IMG/VR virus record: IMGVR_UViG_3300035521_000139
Span: 1-64,000 of that record
Length of the DNA: 64,000 nt
From: a virus
Taxonomy: Duplodnaviria > Caudoviricetes
Reading direction: 5' to 3' (one strand)
Below the pieces are notes generated by a model that searched no databases, had not been told where the DNA came from, and saw only the letters and a list, made by a program, of their open reading frames with translations. Shown here piece after piece: positions 1 through 9,900 of this stretch (positions are counted from its first letter, which is position 1; every line of letters begins with the position of its first letter). The translations under genes were made by a program, and so were the position numbers.

Positions 1-1053
1 TTTACCAAATTCTACTATATTAGAGAAAGTAAGTATAGGGATGTTCATGAGTAAATCTGCATTACCCATTTTTAAAACATCCTCATCTATTTTCTTTTTA
101 TCATTTTCATAATTCTCAATTTCTTTTCTAGCTAATTCTCTACCATATTCAGTATCTCCATAATCATATTCTATTTGAGCCATTCTTTGATTATGAGCAG
201 CTTCTGCTAAAGAATATTGAGATTCTCGCATTTCAGTAGCATTATTAATAGCTTCACTTCTACCCTCATTAATAGCTGACATTAAAGCTCCTGCTCCAGA
301 TAAAGTCCACTTAGCATTTCTTATTGCAGTTCCTGCACTTGCTCCTCCTGCTAAAGATAAACTTGCAATTAATTTAGGAAGCTTTATTGCTTGAAGTCCC
401 ATAGAAAATAAAGCACCACTATAATAAGCACCTACAGCAAATCCCAAGTTCTTTATAAACTTATCTCCTATAAAGTTAGCACTAAAAGTAAATGGGTGTT
501 CAGATTCATATTCAGTATAATAATTAGGTAATACTTTCTCTGACCAATCATTAATATCTTTCATTGCTTGAGAGAAAGAATTATCCCATAAACCAGACCA
601 CCTTCCTTCTGCTATAGCAGTTCCTATACCAGCTACTAATCCTAGAGTACCATCAAGAAATGTAGTACCTGCAAGTATAGCTCCTTTGGCTGTACCTGCT
701 GCAATTTTAGCATACCAAGGTTCATTATTAGCTCTTTCATCTCCTAAGTTTCTAAATTGATCTTCATTAACTGCACCTTGATCAAAGATAGACTCTCCAT
801 AAGGAGTATCACTTTCAGCTAATTGAGAAGCTACAGTTTGTTCTGCATTTGCTTCAGGAGAATAAGTAGAAATAGGAGTAGACATTCTCTCATTTCTTCT
901 CAAGAAATTAGCAAATTCAGGATCAAAAGCTTCTATTCTACTATTTCTATCTTGATTTATTTTATTTTGATTTTGAAGTTGTCTATAATTCATAGCTCCA
1001 ACTTCTCTTATATCTAATGGTTTCTGTTCTTTTTTAGATGTTGTACTTGCCAT
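1..1053 (-). CDS. Large cargo/ejection protein, N-terminal part (runs off the window); crAss001 gp47-like position
   Basis: Not in the ORF track. Hand translation from ATG at 1053 gives MASTTSKKEQKPLDIREVGAMNYRQ..., then a Gly/Ala-rich hydrophobic stretch (AAGTAKGAILAGTTFLDGTLGLVAGIG). Follows two other cargo-type genes. Confidence 0.7.
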   Translation of the reverse strand, partial: MASTTSKKEQKPLDIREVGAMNYRQLQNQNKINQDRNSRIEAFDPEFANFLRRNERMSTPISTYSPEANAEQTVASQLAESDTPYGESIFDQGAVNEDQFRNLGDERANNEPWYAKIAAGTAKGAILAGTTFLDGTLGLVAGIGTAIAEGRWSGLWDNSFSQAMKDINDWSEKVLPNYYTEYESEHPFTFSANFIGDKFIKNLGFAVGAYYSGALFSMGLQAIKLPKLIASLSLAGGASAGTAIRNAKWTLSGAGALMSAINEGRSEAINNATEMRESQYSLAEAAHNQRMAQIEYDYGDTEYGRELARKEIENYENDKKKIDEDVLKMGNADLLMNIPILTFSNIVEFGK

Positions 1054-1064
1054 AATTTAATTAT

Positions 1065-2849
1065 TTAGAATCCAGTAGTTTCCCACTCTTGTGGTTTTGT
1101 TTTATTTCTACTCCAAATTTGAGATTGGTACCAAGTAGCTTGTTGTAATAAATCTGCATATCTTTGTCTCATTTCAGACATTATATCATTATAATTATCT
1201 GAATTTGTATCAAGGTTTTTATATCTTATGAAATTACCATTACTATCATATACAGGATACTTGTTTCCATATATAGCTTGTTGCAATTCTGTAGCAGACC
1301 TCAAGGTACTGGACATATTATCTATTGCTCTTGGATGAACATTAGCAGGAAGCATATATCTTTTTACTGTACCATCTTTAAGTTTAACCATTACAGTATT
1401 ACCATAAGCCGAGTATCTGGAAGAGAGTACTTCAGCATCTTCTAAATTTTTCGCTGATGCAGATTTATCAGTTCTCTTAAATGTTTTACTATTGCTATTG
1501 AATTCTGCTTCCCATAATTCATTACCATTATCCAAAGCATTTAATACCTTCTTCATAGCTTTGCTCCCTTCTTCTACATCATAGCTAAATTCAGTAAATT
1601 TCCTAGCATCATATCTAGTATCTCTAACTTCTTTAGCTGCTTTACTAAAGTCGGTCCACATTTTACCAAAACTATCCCCTCTAGAAGCTTTCTTTTGAAG
1701 TTTATCCATAAATACTCTAAAGTCAGAAATTCTATTACCCGCTCTCATAGATACTGGTTCTAAGGTGCTTCCATAACTTCCTACAGGCTGTCTGTAGTTT
1801 TCGTTATATGCTTTCTTACCAGCCTCGTTCATCTGAACTTTACCATTTCTATCTACATAGAAATATTGTTTGTATCTATCAAAGTCTTTAAGCATTTGCT
1901 CTCTTTCTTTAGCTTCTTCAGGAGAGTAAATATTCATAGGATTAAGAGCAGCTAAAGCAACTCCAGGGTCTTTTTTATCAGCATTTGCTAATTCATGTTG
2001 GTATCTAAGTTTAGCTATATCTGCTCCATAATCATCTTTCAAATATTGCCACTTAGATTGTCCTACAGCATCATATAAACCTAAATTACCATAATACTCG
2101 GCTTGTTTTAAAGCCTCTGCATTATTCCAATTTCTAATACCAGAAGCTCCTATAGCATTTTGTACTAAATCAGTTAATATTTTAGGAGCATCATCAGATT
2201 TTTGAATAGCTGCTAATACTTCATCTGGTCTAAATCCATGTTGCTCTAATGTTCTATATTGGAAAGGTAATATCTTTTGCAATTGTAATCTTGCAGCTTT
2301 ACCTTTTTCTCCTGCATCTCTTAATTCTGTAGATAATGCTTTAGCTCCTGCACTTACTTCTGCTGCTAATTGTTTACCCGAATAATTAGCAAAAGTTAAT
2401 TCAGGATTATTCATAAACTCTCTAAGACCTACTTGACTAGCATCTCTTGAGAACATCATAGTATTATCTTGTAATTTAGCTTGTTGTTGAAGAGCTACTT
2501 GTGCAGCTCTTTTATTATAAGCATTTTCAATAGGAATAATTTCTTTAGCATATCTATTTTTCATATTAAAGAAATTCTGTCTTGAAGCATTATTTAATCC
2601 TCTCATAGCTAAATCATTAGACATTTGTTCTAAACTATCTGCATAATTCTTATATTGCTCATAAACATCTCTGTCTTGCTCTTGCCCTTTTAGTCTCTCC
2701 CAAACAGATGCCTTATCCGCTATTTCAGAATACTTATTCTCCAAATCTTGATGTGCTTGAGTAGTCATTAATACTGGAGCTAATAACTCTTGATAACTAA
2801 AAGGTTGAAATTGTGAATCTATTACTAAATTATAATTAGCCATATCCAA
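1065..2849 (-). CDS. Cargo/ejection protein 2 (crAss001 gp46-like)
   Basis: 594-aa helical protein with N-terminal FQPFSYQELLAP motif, directly downstream of cargo protein 1. Confidence 0.6.
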   Translation of the reverse strand: MDMANYNLVIDSQFQPFSYQELLAPVLMTTQAHQDLENKYSEIADKASVWERLKGQEQDRDVYEQYKNYADSLEQMSNDLAMRGLNNASRQNFFNMKNRYAKEIIPIENAYNKRAAQVALQQQAKLQDNTMMFSRDASQVGLREFMNNPELTFANYSGKQLAAEVSAGAKALSTELRDAGEKGKAARLQLQKILPFQYRTLEQHGFRPDEVLAAIQKSDDAPKILTDLVQNAIGASGIRNWNNAEALKQAEYYGNLGLYDAVGQSKWQYLKDDYGADIAKLRYQHELANADKKDPGVALAALNPMNIYSPEEAKEREQMLKDFDRYKQYFYVDRNGKVQMNEAGKKAYNENYRQPVGSYGSTLEPVSMRAGNRISDFRVFMDKLQKKASRGDSFGKMWTDFSKAAKEVRDTRYDARKFTEFSYDVEEGSKAMKKVLNALDNGNELWEAEFNSNSKTFKRTDKSASAKNLEDAEVLSSRYSAYGNTVMVKLKDGTVKRYMLPANVHPRAIDNMSSTLRSATELQQAIYGNKYPVYDSNGNFIRYKNLDTNSDNYNDIMSEMRQRYADLLQQATWYQSQIWSRNKTKPQEWETTGF

Positions 2850-2851
2850 TA

Positions 2852-4936
2852 TTATTTAATTGTTAAATAACCTCCATAAGCAGCTTTGTTAGCTTTCTTT
2901 TTAGCTTTTGCTGATTTCTTTTCAGCTTCTTGTCTAACTGCTTCCCTTTGTGCTGGGGTTAAATCATTATATCCATTTTTATATGTTATTTCTCCATTAT
3001 TTCCTATGCTATAATATAAACCAGGATTAGTATTAACCATATTAGCAGAGAAGTTTTCTTTTCCTATATTACCTAAACTATTAAAGAAATTACTTAAATT
3101 AGCATTTATAGCAGCCTGTCTTCTTGAATCAACAGTGTCCTTTAATTGTACAGCAGCTTGTATTCCTGATAATCTTGCTGAATTAGCTTTCATCCTACCT
3201 TCAGAATTATACATAGCAGCTTTAAGAGCAGATTCACTATTATATTGATTAGTTGCCCTATTAAAGTTTTCTACTTGTTGTCTTTGTGCTAAATTATATT
3301 CTTCTGCCTGTCTAGCTAATTTACCTAAATTACCTAAATAATTATTATCAGCAGCTAATAAAGAAGCAGTAGCTGTAGCTCTATTACCATTACTATTATT
3401 AATTAAAGCTCTTCTTGTAGCTCCTGCTTGAGCATTCAAATCATTAATATAATAGTTTCTATCAAAAGGAGTATAACTAAGATAATTACCTATAGGATTA
3501 GCAGTAACTCCTTCAAATTTACCAGTATTATTAGCAGCTTCAAGTAATGAATTATAACCACTATAATCAGGTTTACTAGCTATTGATTGTATAGCTCCTA
3601 TTGCCGAGCCTACTACAGGAGCATATCTTAACCAAGTAGCTTTAGTATTATCATTATTATTATTTTGTTTAGCCCAATCAGGTAATTGTGAGTTTTTAGA
3701 AATATATTCAGGAAGAGGCTTAATATTATTTATATTTAAAGGACTGAAAGAATTATTAGAATAATCATAAAAATCATTACTTTTTGTATAAAGATTGTTT
3801 ATATCTTTGTTATAAGTACCTTCCATTGTCATAGGTCCTCCAATATCAGGATATATATAATAATCAGGAATTAGATTAGTTTGATCTCCGTATCCATCAA
3901 ATAAAGTTCCTAATTTACCTCCTCTAGCGTATTGTCTTTCTTGTTTTTTCATTTCTTTCTTTTGTCTTATAGATTCTTGAAAAGCAGCAAGTCTTCCCAT
4001 ATTAGCTTCAAGACCATTTCTACTTATAGGATCATTTGGTCTTTCTTCAGATTCTTTTTGCATTTGTTTAGCAGCATCTGCAAAAGTCATTCCTTGCTTA
4101 CCTTTTATTTTATATTTTTCTCTTATCTTTTTAGGAACAGGTATTCTATTACTAAATACATAATTATTCCAAACTACTTCTCCTTCTTCAACTAAATTAG
4201 GAATACCTTGTTGATCAACTCCCATTTGAACTCCTTCATTAGGATTTTCTTCATGAGTACCTCCCTCGTTAATTATCTTTAAACCATTTGAGAAATCTCC
4301 TCCATGAGTTTGTATATCTCCTCCTAAAGCTGCATAATTAGCTGCCATAGTATAATCATTTAAAGCATCTACAGATGCAGTTTTATTTACCAAGCTTTGT
4401 GTTGCCATAGCATTAGCAGCATCAATTTTAGCATTTAATTCTTTTGCTTTTTTCTTAGCCTTGGCATTACCTGTAAGAGCACCTACTATTCCTGACCCTA
4501 AACCAACAACACCTCCAATTACAGCTCCCCAAGGACCTCCTACAGAAGCACCTGCTGTAGCAGCAGCACTAGAACCTCCTAAAGTATTCATTACTTGTCC
4601 TAAAGTATCGGTACCTCTCATGTCTTTCCAACTAACATGGGAGAGTTGTTGTCTATTAGCCCACTCATTCATTAATTCATCATTAGTATTAGCAGTAGGG
4701 GCAGTACCTTTTACTTGGTCTATATTAGATTCTAGTGCAGAAGTATCTGCTGTTTGAGCATTAGCATAAGCAGCCGAAAAAGCACTAGTAGCTCCTCCTA
4801 CTACTTCTCCAATAGAAGCAACAGAGCTTTTGGCATCTTTAAATGAATCTTTTAAAGCTGCTTTAGATTGTCCTCCCCAACCAAATAAGTTAGGAGCACT
4901 ATCATAATTATATTTATTATTCTTTATTTTTCTCAT
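2852..4936 (-). CDS. Cargo/ejection protein 1 (crAss001 gp45-like)
   Basis: 694 aa. Gly-zipper segment (GASVGGPWGAVIGGVVGLGSGIVGAL), GGTHEENPNEGVQMG...VEEGE motif, downstream of muzzle. Confidence 0.7.
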   Translation of the reverse strand: MRKIKNNKYNYDSAPNLFGWGGQSKAALKDSFKDAKSSVASIGEVVGGATSAFSAAYANAQTADTSALESNIDQVKGTAPTANTNDELMNEWANRQQLSHVSWKDMRGTDTLGQVMNTLGGSSAAATAGASVGGPWGAVIGGVVGLGSGIVGALTGNAKAKKKAKELNAKIDAANAMATQSLVNKTASVDALNDYTMAANYAALGGDIQTHGGDFSNGLKIINEGGTHEENPNEGVQMGVDQQGIPNLVEEGEVVWNNYVFSNRIPVPKKIREKYKIKGKQGMTFADAAKQMQKESEERPNDPISRNGLEANMGRLAAFQESIRQKKEMKKQERQYARGGKLGTLFDGYGDQTNLIPDYYIYPDIGGPMTMEGTYNKDINNLYTKSNDFYDYSNNSFSPLNINNIKPLPEYISKNSQLPDWAKQNNNNDNTKATWLRYAPVVGSAIGAIQSIASKPDYSGYNSLLEAANNTGKFEGVTANPIGNYLSYTPFDRNYYINDLNAQAGATRRALINNSNGNRATATASLLAADNNYLGNLGKLARQAEEYNLAQRQQVENFNRATNQYNSESALKAAMYNSEGRMKANSARLSGIQAAVQLKDTVDSRRQAAINANLSNFFNSLGNIGKENFSANMVNTNPGLYYSIGNNGEITYKNGYNDLTPAQREAVRQEAEKKSAKAKKKANKAAYGGYLTIK

Positions 4937-4956
4937 ATAGCTATATAATTTATTTG

Positions 4957-4988
4957 CAAAATTATAAATAAAATTTTAATTATACAAG
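4957..4988 (-). promoter_or_regulatory. Bacteroidota sigma-A-type promoter (-33 CTTG / -7 TAATTTTG)
   Basis: TAnnTTTG plus upstream TTG with 20-nt spacer, just upstream of the cargo genes. Confidence 0.65.
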
Positions 4989-5035
4989 TAGTTAAACACA
5001 TTTATTATAATTACTAAGTTATTTATTATATAAAT

Positions 5036-5066
5036 AAAGGAGAATCAAATTAATGACTCTCCTTTA
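5036..5066 (-). terminator. Intrinsic terminator hairpin
   Basis: AAAGGAGA...TCTCCTTT inverted repeat after the 5070 stop codon. Confidence 0.55.
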
Positions 5067-5069
5067 AAA

Positions 5070-6950
5070 TTATAATACACCACCTAATGAAGTAGCTAAA
5101 TCAAATACTGAATATCCTGAGACTTTATAAAAATTATTTCCTATAAATATATATTGACAAATAAAACTTGGAGGTAATAAAGATAAATAAGTTTCAGAAG
5201 TTTTTCTATATGCTACAGGAATATCATAAGAAACCAATTCTGTAAATTGGTCTTCATATTTATATACTTTTATATACCAAATATATGCTATAGTATCATT
5301 AAAATCTTCTTTATTGAACACACTCCTTTTAAAATAATTTTTAGTATTTGTATTATCTTCTCTTAAATCAGCAGCATTATTAATTGCTATAGTAAAAGTC
5401 TCTCCATTTTCTAATGTACTCATATCGGGGAGCACAATATTTCTTACATTTTCATCTACTGCATTAAGAGAACTAGACAATACTTCCTTATTATTATTTA
5501 TAGTAGTTATTTCTAAAATTGTTTTAACAGCATTTATAGCTCCTTTCATAGTAACATCTCCATTAGTATCCCAAGTAATATTACCATTAGCTACAGAACC
5601 ACTACCGTCAGCATTAAATTTAGAAGCACCCCCATTAATAGTTAAGTCTTTAGAACTTAAAGAACCACTTAAATCTACTTTATCAGCTATTACATTAATT
5701 TGGTCTGAAGTAAGCTCTACATTACTTGCTACTACAGCTAAATCATCACTATCTAATTTAACATTTTTTGCTACTATTGCTAAATTATCTTGGTCTAATT
5801 CTACGTTACTTGCAACTACTTTTAAATCATCTGTAGATAGTTGCACATTATTAGCTATTACTTCCAATAGAGCATTAGATACAATTACATTTTTACCTAT
5901 AATTTCTAAATCATCAGTAGTAAATTTACAATTCTTAGCTACAGTAACTAATTGATCGGTAGTTAAGTTTACTTTACTTGCTATCCACTCTAATTGAGAA
6001 GTACTTAAAGTGACTTTATCTGCAATAGCCTGTAAACTCTCTGCTGTTAATTCTATATTCTTAGCTACTGTAAGTATCTCTTCAGAAGATAATTCTACTT
6101 TACCTGCAATAATCTCCAGCTCATTCTCTGTCAAAGCTATTTTACCTGCTATAACCTCAAGATTAGCATAAGTTAATTCTACATTAGCTGTAGTACCTTC
6201 TTGAGGAGTAGACCAATTAGATTCTGTGCCATCACTATAAAATACTTTTAAAGAATACCAAGTATTATCACCTCCTATAGGAGTAGAACTCCATCCAGTA
6301 GGAGGAGTAAATACTTTATAAGTAAAGTTATAAGTACCTCCAGTAGGAGTATCAGGTATTTCCTCAGAGTATTTATATATAACAGCTACATAAGCTTGTA
6401 CTAAAGATGATAATAAATCGCCACTTACTTTAATAGGAGTAGACCATGAAGTTTCAGAATCATCACTGTAAAATACTCTAATTGACATCCATATAGTAGT
6501 TCCTTCCGGGACATCGGAACTCCATCCAGTAGGAGCTATAAATTCTTTAGTTTCAAAATTATAACTTCCTCCTATAGGTATATCAGGTAAACTATCTGTA
6601 GCTCTATAAACATATTGAATCCATGCAGATACTTTATTGCTATTTATATAATCTTTAATAGTATCATAATCAACTACAGCATCTTTACCATTAGGAATAC
6701 CAAACTTAAAATCTATAGTACTTTTATCTGTAAGTTTGACAGTAACTGCTGCTTTATCAGAACTATAAGCGGAAGCAGTAGCTGTGTCTATAGTTTGAGT
6801 ACATGCTTTTAAATCATCAAGAACATCAGTTAATTTCTCATTATTGTTAGTATAAACAGCATCAGATGAAGTTACAGGATATATTTCTGTAGTATCACTG
6901 GAGCTATACCCAGCTAAATTTTTACCAAATAATTTCTTTATTATTCCCAT
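5070..6950 (-). CDS. Tail fibre-like protein with duplicated domain and 14-aa tandem repeats
   Basis: Likely start MGIIKK at 6950 (track starts 6974). IYPVTSSDAV N-terminal motif, two copies of a PxGGxYNF...PTGWSS...WSTP domain, about 12 repeats of [NK]VxLxxxxLxxIAx. Confidence 0.6.
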   Translation of the reverse strand: MGIIKKLFGKNLAGYSSSDTTEIYPVTSSDAVYTNNNEKLTDVLDDLKACTQTIDTATASAYSSDKAAVTVKLTDKSTIDFKFGIPNGKDAVVDYDTIKDYINSNKVSAWIQYVYRATDSLPDIPIGGSYNFETKEFIAPTGWSSDVPEGTTIWMSIRVFYSDDSETSWSTPIKVSGDLLSSLVQAYVAVIYKYSEEIPDTPTGGTYNFTYKVFTPPTGWSSTPIGGDNTWYSLKVFYSDGTESNWSTPQEGTTANVELTYANLEVIAGKIALTENELEIIAGKVELSSEEILTVAKNIELTAESLQAIADKVTLSTSQLEWIASKVNLTTDQLVTVAKNCKFTTDDLEIIGKNVIVSNALLEVIANNVQLSTDDLKVVASNVELDQDNLAIVAKNVKLDSDDLAVVASNVELTSDQINVIADKVDLSGSLSSKDLTINGGASKFNADGSGSVANGNITWDTNGDVTMKGAINAVKTILEITTINNNKEVLSSSLNAVDENVRNIVLPDMSTLENGETFTIAINNAADLREDNTNTKNYFKRSVFNKEDFNDTIAYIWYIKVYKYEDQFTELVSYDIPVAYRKTSETYLSLLPPSFICQYIFIGNNFYKVSGYSVFDLATSLGGVL

Positions 6951-6952
6951 AA

Positions 6953-9900
6953 TTATTCTAAGTATTGAACACATAAATCATGTAATACAGTCTTATTAGT
7001 ATTTTCTCCTATTTGAGAAAGTTTAATATAAGCCCAAGGATTTCTAATTCTATCTCTTGAGGTTCTGTAGTCAGGTATTTGAGCTTTTAAATCTTTAGTA
7101 GTGTCTACTATATTAGGAAGTTCTGCAATAGTATTATTAGAATTAATTATAAATCCAAAGTCACCATAACTAGCTCTAGGAATATTACATCTCCAAATTC
7201 TAAATTTTCTCTTTAAAGAAGAAGGCCTATCTAATATATTTTTCAATTCAGAATGGCCTATTTGATATTCATTCCAAACATCTAAAGTATCAAAAGGCTG
7301 ATAAGTAGAATTATTGCTATCATAAGTTAATCCATTAGAATCAAAAGCATCTGCTCTAAATTCAAGATTAGTGAATACTTTATCAGTAAGAGGATTTTCA
7401 TTAGCAACTATTGTAGTATAAAAAGGTTGGAATTTACCAAAAAACATATTATAATCTCCTTCTCTATATATCCAAGGATATGTTTTAAAATTATAAGAAT
7501 CATATTCCCACATAATACCTTTGTCTTTACATACAGTAAAATAAGGAATATTTTCATAACTATAGAAAGAAGCAAATTGATCAATATTCTCATCTAAACC
7601 TAAACAATCTTCTTTACTTATAAAGTAGACCATTCCATTTACATTATCATAATAAGATACAAAATTATTAAAAATTTTGGGATTCCAAATACTCGTATTT
7701 TTTAGTTTATTATTAAAGTAAGATACAAATCCTTTATTTTTAGATACATTAGATATATTATCTTTAAATACACAAAGGTCTTTATTAACATCGTCAATAA
7801 AATATAACCCCGAAGGAGTATTACAAATAGACCATTTATTATGACATCCTACTTGATTACTTATATATCTTTTACCATTTACTTTACCACTATTAGCTAT
7901 TTCAATAGGTACGCCCTCAGTAGTAGATATTTGAGCTTGTTCATTATAAAGTATTTGTGCTACTCCAGTATCTTGAAAAGATATAATATTATTATTCCAT
8001 CTTCTTAATGCTCTTACAGGACCTTTATCACCATCTAGGTCTAAAGTACTGGCTACAGTAATATTAGTCCAAGTGTCTACTAATTCTCCAAGTGTTTTAC
8101 TTTTAGTCCAAGTAACAGTATTTCTAAAGTGATCCAAATTAAATTTATTAGGATTTATAGTTCTGTAGGTAAAGAAGTTATTTCTTTGACTATATACCAT
8201 GTTTACTTTATTAAAGTTTTCCGTGGTAATAGCAAAATTAGATAGTTGTCCTCTATTTCTATCATATCTACCATCAATATTAACTCTTGTTTCACACATG
8301 AAAGAAATAATATCTGTAATAGAATTTTGATCTTCTGTAGTATAAGGATAAGTTTTTACACAATCATATCTCTGAAAATAAGTATCTCCTTCAGTCCATT
8401 CTACAGTAAAAGAGCCTACAGCTTCATCTAAATCATCTACTAAAGATACTGCCTTACCAGCAGGAAGCCATAAGTTATTCTCAAAAGCTTCTTCTGTTTG
8501 TCCTCCAAATCTATTTTCTACATTATCATTATATAATTCTCCTAACCAAAGAAATCCAAATCTATCACTAAACTCAATTGTATCTTGAGATACCCCTGCA
8601 CAGTTGCCCTCAGTATCCCAAAATGGTCTATGTGTATCGTCATAAGCAGCATAATATGGATCAACATAACTTATACCCTCTACAGTACTGTCAGCATTAA
8701 GTCTGGTAGGTAAAATTCTTTGTTTATTTGTTGTTGTATAATTTAAAGCTATAACTGCATGTATAGGAGATTTATATTTTATTCTAATTGGGTCTACACC
8801 ATCAGTAAAACCTTCACAGTATTTTTTATAATATTCATTATCATCCATTTTTTGTGAAATAGAAGAATATAATTGATGATAGGTAGCTGAAGTGTCTATA
8901 GTAGTAGCTGAAGACAAAGAGGCTCCTATAACTATTGGATAACCATCTTCGATTAATTCTCTAGTATTATAAGTAATTACTTTATCTACGTTACCATAAT
9001 AAGTTAAAGCACCTAAATTAGAATTCTCAGGTTCCGGTATTTTGACCATTTCTTGCTCATTAGAACTAAAAATAGTTACTCCAGAAATCCCTGTTTTAGT
9101 ACTACTTCCTTTTTCATAAGCATTCCAAACTAAATTAGAGTCATCTTCATCCTCCTTTTTAGAGAAATAATGAGTCCATGCAGAATATCTTAAAATGGAT
9201 CTTCTATTTTTATCTAGCATTGCACTTCTACTACCAGAGGTATCGTTAGCTCTTTGATTATTTAAAGAACCGTTTCTGTGCCAAGGATAAATTACAAAAG
9301 AGGTACTTATTTTATTAGCATTATCTACACTACTATTTTCAGTATAAATTTCATCAAACCACATTGGCATAGCAAGCATCTGCTTCCATCCTCTAATAGA
9401 AATATTGTTTACTTTACACTCTTCTTTATAAAAACCGCGAGTTAAATACTTTGAATAAGAACCCCCAACATGATAAGTTAATTGAGAAGTAGATGTAGTT
9501 ACGTCTACATCACTATTCTGAGAAGTTAAAGGAACATATCCTATAATTCTTAATTTAAGATTTGATTTATCAATTGATTGTACTTCATCATCAAATTCTA
9601 TATCAGGAGAGTGCATTGTAAATATAGATTTATCTACAAAGAAGGAATTTTTATTATTAGCTACAAATTGACTAAAATCTGATGTCTTTAAACTAGTGGT
9701 ATTATTGATTGAAAGATTAGCTACTATAGGAGTAACTTGATTTGGTAAACCAGATACTCTAAGAGCATACTCTGGAGCCGATTGTATTTCAGCATTTGCA
9801 TTATCTCTTCCTGTGATAATGTCATTGTGCATATAAGCAGCATATTTACCGCTATTTGAAGGGTCTAATTCTGTAGAAACACCATAACTATTTGTAATAG

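Noticed and set aside
880-905. Apparent frameshift near the start of the leftmost cargo gene
   Set aside because: Careful reading (TTG AGA AGA AAT GAG AGA ATG TCT) shows the frame is continuous.
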